This document shows, in pieces, positions 58,175 through 64,000 of a DNA stretch of 64,000 nt. Source of the stretch: Oopsacas minuta (taxonomy: Eukaryota > Animalia > Porifera); NCBI GenBank assembly GCA_024704765.1, contig JAKMXF010000188.1:669715-733714 (forward strand), given 5' to 3'. The notes under the pieces are model-generated. The model did no database searches. It had not been told where the DNA came from and saw only the letters and a list, made by a program, of their open reading frames with translations. The number at the start of each line of letters is the position of its first letter. Position 1 is the stretch's first letter. The position numbers were made by a program, and so were the translations under genes.

Positions 58175-58633
58175 TAAAGTTGTTCCGGCCAGACCAATGT
58201 GACAGGACATTATCCGATGCTATTATCTTATTAGAGAATGCTATACAACTACAATGTTCATATGGAACAGTAACCTGTAAGTTTAGTCCTATTAGATTAA
58301 CTAATTTGTTAGAAGCTTGTAAGTGAAGCTGCCATATTTTTATCTCATCAAACGAATAATGTACAAATTACCAGCTCTTTCTTGTATTCGGGAACATTCG
58401 TTACTTCAATTCTCAATTCTACCTTGGTTATACACGATTGAAGTCCCATCAATACTTCTAGGACTTGTTACGTATATTACATATAATTCTATTATAAGGT
58501 TGCGAATTAATTTGACTTACACTCGATATGCTATTTATTCAAACCTAGTATTCACAAACTTGATGCGAACACTTAATATAACTACCTCTCTAACTGTGAC
58601 AGCTACCCTATACTCCAAACACTCGTAAACTAA

Positions 58634-60442
58634 ATGGACACCCCAAGAATGAGCAGTCTCCTGGCATGGTTATGCACATTCCCACACTGTAACAATATTA
58701 CCAAATTTGAATCTCTAACTGATGGGAGAATTCTAGCATTAAGTTTGCATAGAATAGATCCTGCATTTTTCACTAAAGAATGGTTGGTTCAAATTGCTGA
58801 GGTAGGTGAAAGTAACACTCAATTGAAACAGAGAAACATCGGAAAGATTGTGAAATCAGTGGTTGATTATAATCGTGAAGTGTTACAGGTATCTAACACA
58901 TCTATTGGGAACTTGAATGTAGTTGAAATCGTGAATGGTAGCAATCATCAGGATCTCTGCCAGCTTATTCTGGCTCTGCTTAACATAGCTGTAAACTGTG
59001 AGAAGAAGGAAGAACACGTGAGTAGAATAATGCAGCTAGACAGTGCTGTACAGAAGGACATTATGGAGATCTTACAGGAGGGAATGGAGGTACAGGAAAT
59101 CGTGCGTGAGGCGAATAATCATGTAGATATACACTGGGATCTGGAGATGGTGACGAAGGAGAGAGATATCCTATTTCAGGAATCTACTCATAAGGAAACT
59201 GCATTGAAATCTATGGAGGAGGAGAAAGATGCTTTGCAATGTGAACTGGACCGCTTCAGAGAGCAGGTGAGCTCTCTGGAGGAGAAATCTCACAGATGTG
59301 TAGAGTTAGAAATACAGGTGGAACAGCTGCAGGATGATCTGACAAGTTTACACCGTAGTAGGGTAGAGCTAGAAACTTCTGTTGAAGAATTGAAAATAAA
59401 GAACGAGAACTTAGAACATGATTTAGGTATCAGTCAAGATAAGAACATCGATTATCATAACAAGCAATCGGAAATGGAACACATGCGAGATAAGCTGGAT
59501 GAAATGCCTCAGTTGGAGCTAAAACTTGCCAATTACGAGAAAAAATTATTGAGACTAGAAAATGACAATAGGAATGTTCTACTTCTGAAGGAAAACTTGG
59601 TTTTTCTCCAAAATAAGAACAAAAAATTAATTCAAGAAAAGTTGAATATGGAAAAGGGTATGAAAGAGCTTGAGGAGAAGAGATTTCATTCTCTGCAACA
59701 AAACGAACAGCTACAGTTAATGCAATCTGAGATTAACGAATATAAAACTAGTTTAACACAAGCCGAGAGGCAACTGATCAACTCAGAAGAACAAGCATCT
59801 TCTCTACAGAATGACCTTAGGAAAATAACTGAGGAGAGAGATAACTTGTTATGTGCTTTAACAAGCACACCTGAAGATCCTAACTTACTATCTCTAGAAG
59901 CTTCTCTCCTGCCTGGTGACAGACTAGACTCAATTACAGAAGTATTCACGCCTGAGATGAAAGAACGACTGGCTAGATTGGAATCAGATAACTCAGAATT
60001 GAGAAGGAAAATACAGCTCACTAGCTCAAGTAGTAAAGTTGAAGGAGGAGATGAAATAGAAGCGGAAAGATCACTCTCTCCTGGAAATATTGAAGTGTTT
60101 GAGAAAGAACTTCAAATTGACGAACTCAAAAACGAGTTAAGTTCTCGTAACAAAGAAGTTAGCAAACTTAAGAACTATCTCGTAAAGATGAAGAAAATAA
60201 AGATAAAACCTGAAAAAGATGAAGTGATGCCACCTCGTATGGATCATGAAGATAGACTAGTTATGGCTTCATGGTATAGAATGGGTCTGGAGGTACACAA
60301 TAGAGCAGATCTATATAAGGCACCTGCAGCTGGTAATAATACGCGAGTCGGTCAGGATGTAGCTAATATGAAATATGATTCTACCCCAAAGAAAGATATT
60401 GAACTACCCCCACTTAAACCACAGGAACCTAATGACCAATAA
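58634..60442 (+). CDS. HOOK: Hook microtubule-tethering / dynein adaptor protein, single exon, 602 aa
   Basis: N-terminal Hook domain SLLAWLCTF..LTDGRILALSLHRIDPAFF..WL, LILALLNIAVNCEKKEEHVSRIMQLD..VQ..IM; long coiled coil; TPEMKERLARLESDN; C-terminal EDRLVMASWYRMG. Confidence 0.92.
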   Translation: MDTPRMSSLLAWLCTFPHCNNITKFESLTDGRILALSLHRIDPAFFTKEWLVQIAEVGESNTQLKQRNIGKIVKSVVDYNREVLQVSNTSIGNLNVVEIVNGSNHQDLCQLILALLNIAVNCEKKEEHVSRIMQLDSAVQKDIMEILQEGMEVQEIVREANNHVDIHWDLEMVTKERDILFQESTHKETALKSMEEEKDALQCELDRFREQVSSLEEKSHRCVELEIQVEQLQDDLTSLHRSRVELETSVEELKIKNENLEHDLGISQDKNIDYHNKQSEMEHMRDKLDEMPQLELKLANYEKKLLRLENDNRNVLLLKENLVFLQNKNKKLIQEKLNMEKGMKELEEKRFHSLQQNEQLQLMQSEINEYKTSLTQAERQLINSEEQASSLQNDLRKITEERDNLLCALTSTPEDPNLLSLEASLLPGDRLDSITEVFTPEMKERLARLESDNSELRRKIQLTSSSSKVEGGDEIEAERSLSPGNIEVFEKELQIDELKNELSSRNKEVSKLKNYLVKMKKIKIKPEKDEVMPPRMDHEDRLVMASWYRMGLEVHNRADLYKAPAAGNNTRVGQDVANMKYDSTPKKDIELPPLKPQEPNDQ

Positions 60443-61104
60443 TATTCATTTTAGCAAATTCTTAAAGAGTAAAATCTGTCTAATCATAATATATTGTGGT
60501 CTAACACATACTAGACTGACAATTGATACAATAAAATTTCTATAACATTTTGTAAATGCTTTGAATTACTGTGCATTATTAACTTATTTATCCTCTTAAG
60601 AATGATATATTACATCTCATTATCGAGATGTTTAGGATTATTCTTTGTAAGATAGCATCTTTAATACACTACATATACACGATAGCCTTCTTTAAAGTTA
60701 TATACAGTGGGCATTGCTTATAAGATCAGCGTTTATTAATAATATCGGTTATAAGTATATGTTCTAATAAGCGATAATAACTTATCTGGTTTTATTTATA
60801 GGGAAGTAGGGAGCACAAAATTATTGCTGCTATAGGATATTATTCTGAATTTCTTAAGAGGTACTTTCGGTTAGTACGTACTAATTATTGTTCCCAAAGG
60901 GTACGGTACGTCTTATCCGAGTTGGAGAGCTCTACAGTATAATAAATATTCTGCAAATGAGCAAAATTAATTTCGTGATGTCATAACTTGTAAGTTGTAA
61001 TGTATATTATAGCAGGCGTAGAAAACATCACGATTCATAGAGGAAACAAATAATTAATGTGTTCCTTGAACTTATCTGTAATCTATGTGTGCTTTCCAAT
61101 TATG

Positions 61105-62324
61105 TTCGGATTAGTTAATTAATCTAATTAATTAAGTGAGGTTTTTAGGTTATGAAATAAACAGGGGGCTAACGAATCAGCTGGTAATTCCTATCTTGGA
61201 TTGTAGGTAGCATCCTTTATAGGTTTGTTTACTATTGACAATTATTGTAGTTTTCTAGTTCTGTGGAATACTTTATCATATTCTCGTTTATGAAGGAAAT
61301 TATCGAACTCATTAATTCCCAATTAATAAATATAATTATACATATACTACTTTCCCGTTAAGTCTTTTGATAAGGTAGAAAGAATTGTCACATCAGCGAG
61401 TATAAAGTAATGCCAGTAAAATGTTAACCTTATTTCACATATGAGTGTGAGGTTTATTACAGACATAGATTAAGAGAATAATCTGATATTTTTCTAACAA
61501 CGATCGAGTTACACAGGTCTAATTTACATTACTCGACTATCTTTAAATTGTCGGATTTTGAAATAGCAAGGTTCCGGATTAATGAGGTTGTTTTCTGTAC
61601 AAAAACGATCCGTGAACAGAAATAATGTCGGTTTAGGGAAATTCCGGATTACACAGGTGTCGGATTACGGAGGTTCCACTGTATCTATAATATCATTTTC
61701 GCAGGTAAATTCCGCAGGCACGCTATAAGTAGCTGCAGGCCCAGCCTGGGGGGGATGAGCTGGCGCTGGCAAAGCCATTTGATAGGATTATATCTTCTAA
61801 ATTTCCACGGGAAATAAGTGTGTTGATTACTGCTACAAAGTTAAACTCATAATGATCCAGAATAATATCTGATAGATGAGTTTACTGATAATTAATACAT
61901 TAGAAAGCCAGAAATATGTTGAATATAAAAGATCAAATTTAATCTATGTCTGTAATAAACCTCACACTCATATGTGAAATAAGGTTAACATTTTACTGGC
62001 ATTACTTTATACTCGCTGATGTGACAATTCTTTCTACCTTATCAAAAGACTTAACGGGAAAGTAGTATATGTATAATCACATAATTAGAATTTATAATTA
62101 CTCTAATATGTATAATTATATTTATTAATTGGGAATTAATGAGTTCGATAATTTCCTTCATAAACGAGAATATGATAAAGTATTCCACAAAACTAGAAAA
62201 CTACAATAATTGCCAATAGTAAACAAACCTATAAAGGATGATACCTACAATCCAAGATAGGAATTACCAGCTGATTCGTTAGCCCCCTGTTAGTTTCATA
62301 ACCTAAAATCTCACTTAATCCGAA
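61105..62324. repeat. Long inverted repeat (foldback-like): arms 61105-61473 and 61939-62324 around a 465-bp spacer
   Basis: About 348 alignable bp at high identity by eye; each arm has one private insertion (21 nt left, 39 nt right). No convincing TSD. Confidence 0.9.
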
Positions 62325-64000
62325 TTATAGTTTACTAGTATGTTGAAAATTTTGTTTACTTACAAGTGTGTTGAATCTAGTACACTGCTAGTATAATATT
62401 ACACAACCATAAGGCTTGCATTAACTTTTAACAACTTTTTCGTTTTCTAATAATGTTGAATTATTGAGCTTCCGACGGGCAAGGGCCTGTGCCTGCCAGG
62501 ACTTGCTGGCAGGCACAGTTAAATTTTCCGCAGGCCCGGTATGACCTGCGGATTGTTAGACTTTGTGCCAAAAATTAATTAATTAATTGATACTCCAGCA
62601 TATTACTATGCATACCTTCTCCGTATTTGAGAAATAAGAATGTACTTAGATTGTGAATACAGTGGATCCTGATCCTATCAAAATATGGTCAAGTGACCCA
62701 TCAAATTGCTGGAATTTTCATGTTGAGTATGAATATGGTTGTTAAAATTGGTGTTTACATTGATTCGATGCGATTTGAAGAATTTACAGCCTGGGAGATG
62801 TTCCGGCGATTAGCTGACCGCCCGCCCAGAAAAATAAATAATTCGCGATACCTCCATACAATACCCATATATTTTTACAATATATTTAGCTATCTCTGTG
62901 TCATTTTCATACTAGTTACTTGTATCAAATGAACAATTTTATTGCTATGCTGCCCAACTATATATGGTATATGTAGAGGAACATAATATTTACCAGTATA
63001 ATGCAATCTGTAATATACATCTGGATCAATAATTATGATATACGTACTATGCACTATTGTACATCCATTAGAATACTTATCTCTTAGGCTCTATCTCCCT
63101 CCATACATGGAAAAGTTTAGATAAATGAGAGAAGATTGAAATTCAATAATATATAACTACTGTCTTCTCAGAGTAAGCCGCGAGATCTCGTCTGTACAAT
63201 AATAAGCACCCAAGTGCTGTTCAGGGACTTTTTGTATAGGCATAGGCATCACCTCACGCTTTATCTGGCCTCGACATAACTGGTTCTGAGATATATTGGT
63301 TAAAACTCCTAAAATACCACTGGAGTAACAAGAAGGTTACATACTATAGTCTAGTTAATACACTGACTCTATGAGTCAGGGATAGAGCCATCGATGGGCC
63401 GGAAGGAACAACTGAAGAGGACCATTTATAGGGTACAGTTTCACTTAATTTTGCTATACACCTCGCTCGAGCGAAGTTATGCATATTCATTGACCTTCCT
63501 TTAATAGTATATTATAAATATTGTAATCGATAGTATCACATATTTAATTCGTAGTAAAGAATCTGATTAACAATTATTATCTGACTTCGAGGTAAAATCT
63601 GCTGAGTCCATCCACTTCTTCTGTACTTTGCACCAAGTGTTTTGTGAGCACGATGGCTAATTACAATATCATTTCGACTGGTTTCTATGGAACTAATTTT
63701 GTCCTTTAGTAATGTATTTATTCTCCTGTATTTGCAACGCTTATTTTAGCTGAATTATTCATTTACTTCACTTCTGTAAAGGATTAAATCACCCAATAAA
63801 CACTTAACAGTCTAGCTCTAACTCCTCGATTACATTACATATACGCCAATTCGTAATTTGATCAGTGGCGTAGCCACGGGGGGGCAAGGGGGGGCACTTG
63901 CCCCCCCTTCCTATTGTGAACTAACGTTTTTGTCCGGCCTTTAGTAGTGTTCCTATTTCAACCAAGTACTGGGAACTGGAATAAATTATGATTTACCATT

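Noticed and set aside
47500-58600. Vault RNA or other Pol III gene near MVP
   Set aside because: The GTTCGA hits belong to MITE termini; no box A, box B and oligo-T arrangement was seen.
4424-60021. Antisense or alternate-frame ORFs overlapping real genes (for example 4458-4664, 6257-6532, 26474-26818, 41557-41787, 47138-47521, 56233-56502, 59686-60021)
   Set aside because: Shadow ORFs expected opposite coding sequence; no independent motifs.
4455-60442. A functional cluster of trafficking and cytokinesis genes (ALIX, IFT52, KIF20, HOOK)
   Set aside because: The genes are interspersed with unrelated ones, with no shared regulatory signal seen; these categories are common enough to co-occur by chance.
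62487-62518. 13-bp GC-rich stem-loop (CTGTGCCTGCCAG / CTGGCAGGCACAG)
   Set aside because: It shares GCAGGC motifs with 61700-61745 and looks like transposon subterminal debris; there is no evidence of an RNA gene or terminator.

Overview
Eukaryotic, AT-rich, gene-dense genomic window with GT-AG introns and no prokaryotic features (no operons, CRISPR, rRNA or tRNA seen). The intronless TRAF-like and 'MAT-' NHL genes resemble families I recall as expanded in glass sponges (Oopsacas-like hexactinellid); this taxon call is inference. Twelve protein-coding genes in order: partial NHL-repeat gene (-), ALIX/PDCD6IP (7 exons, -, one GC-AG intron), nucleoredoxin-like (6 exons, +), pseudokinase-Kelch fusion, IFT52, a prosaposin-like protein with 11 saposin-B domains, kinesin-6 KIF20-like (16 exons), TRAF-like, helical-NHL protein (-), a major vault protein homolog (5 exons) and HOOK; plus a decayed DD37D (maT) transposase inside a KIF20 intron. 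Introns and intergenic DNA hold many non-autonomous DNA transposons (hAT with 8-bp TSDs, pogo/Tc1-like MITEs, Helitrons, a 6-bp-TSD family). The most striking structure is a 1,873-bp palindrome in nucleoredoxin intron 4: two 874-bp inverted copies of the 5' end of a hAT transposon, flanked by an 8-bp TSD. This architecture resembles maize Mu killer and could be a host-transcribed hairpin that silences a transposon family. Exon coordinates were assigned by hand from frame continuity and splice signals, not from transcript data.
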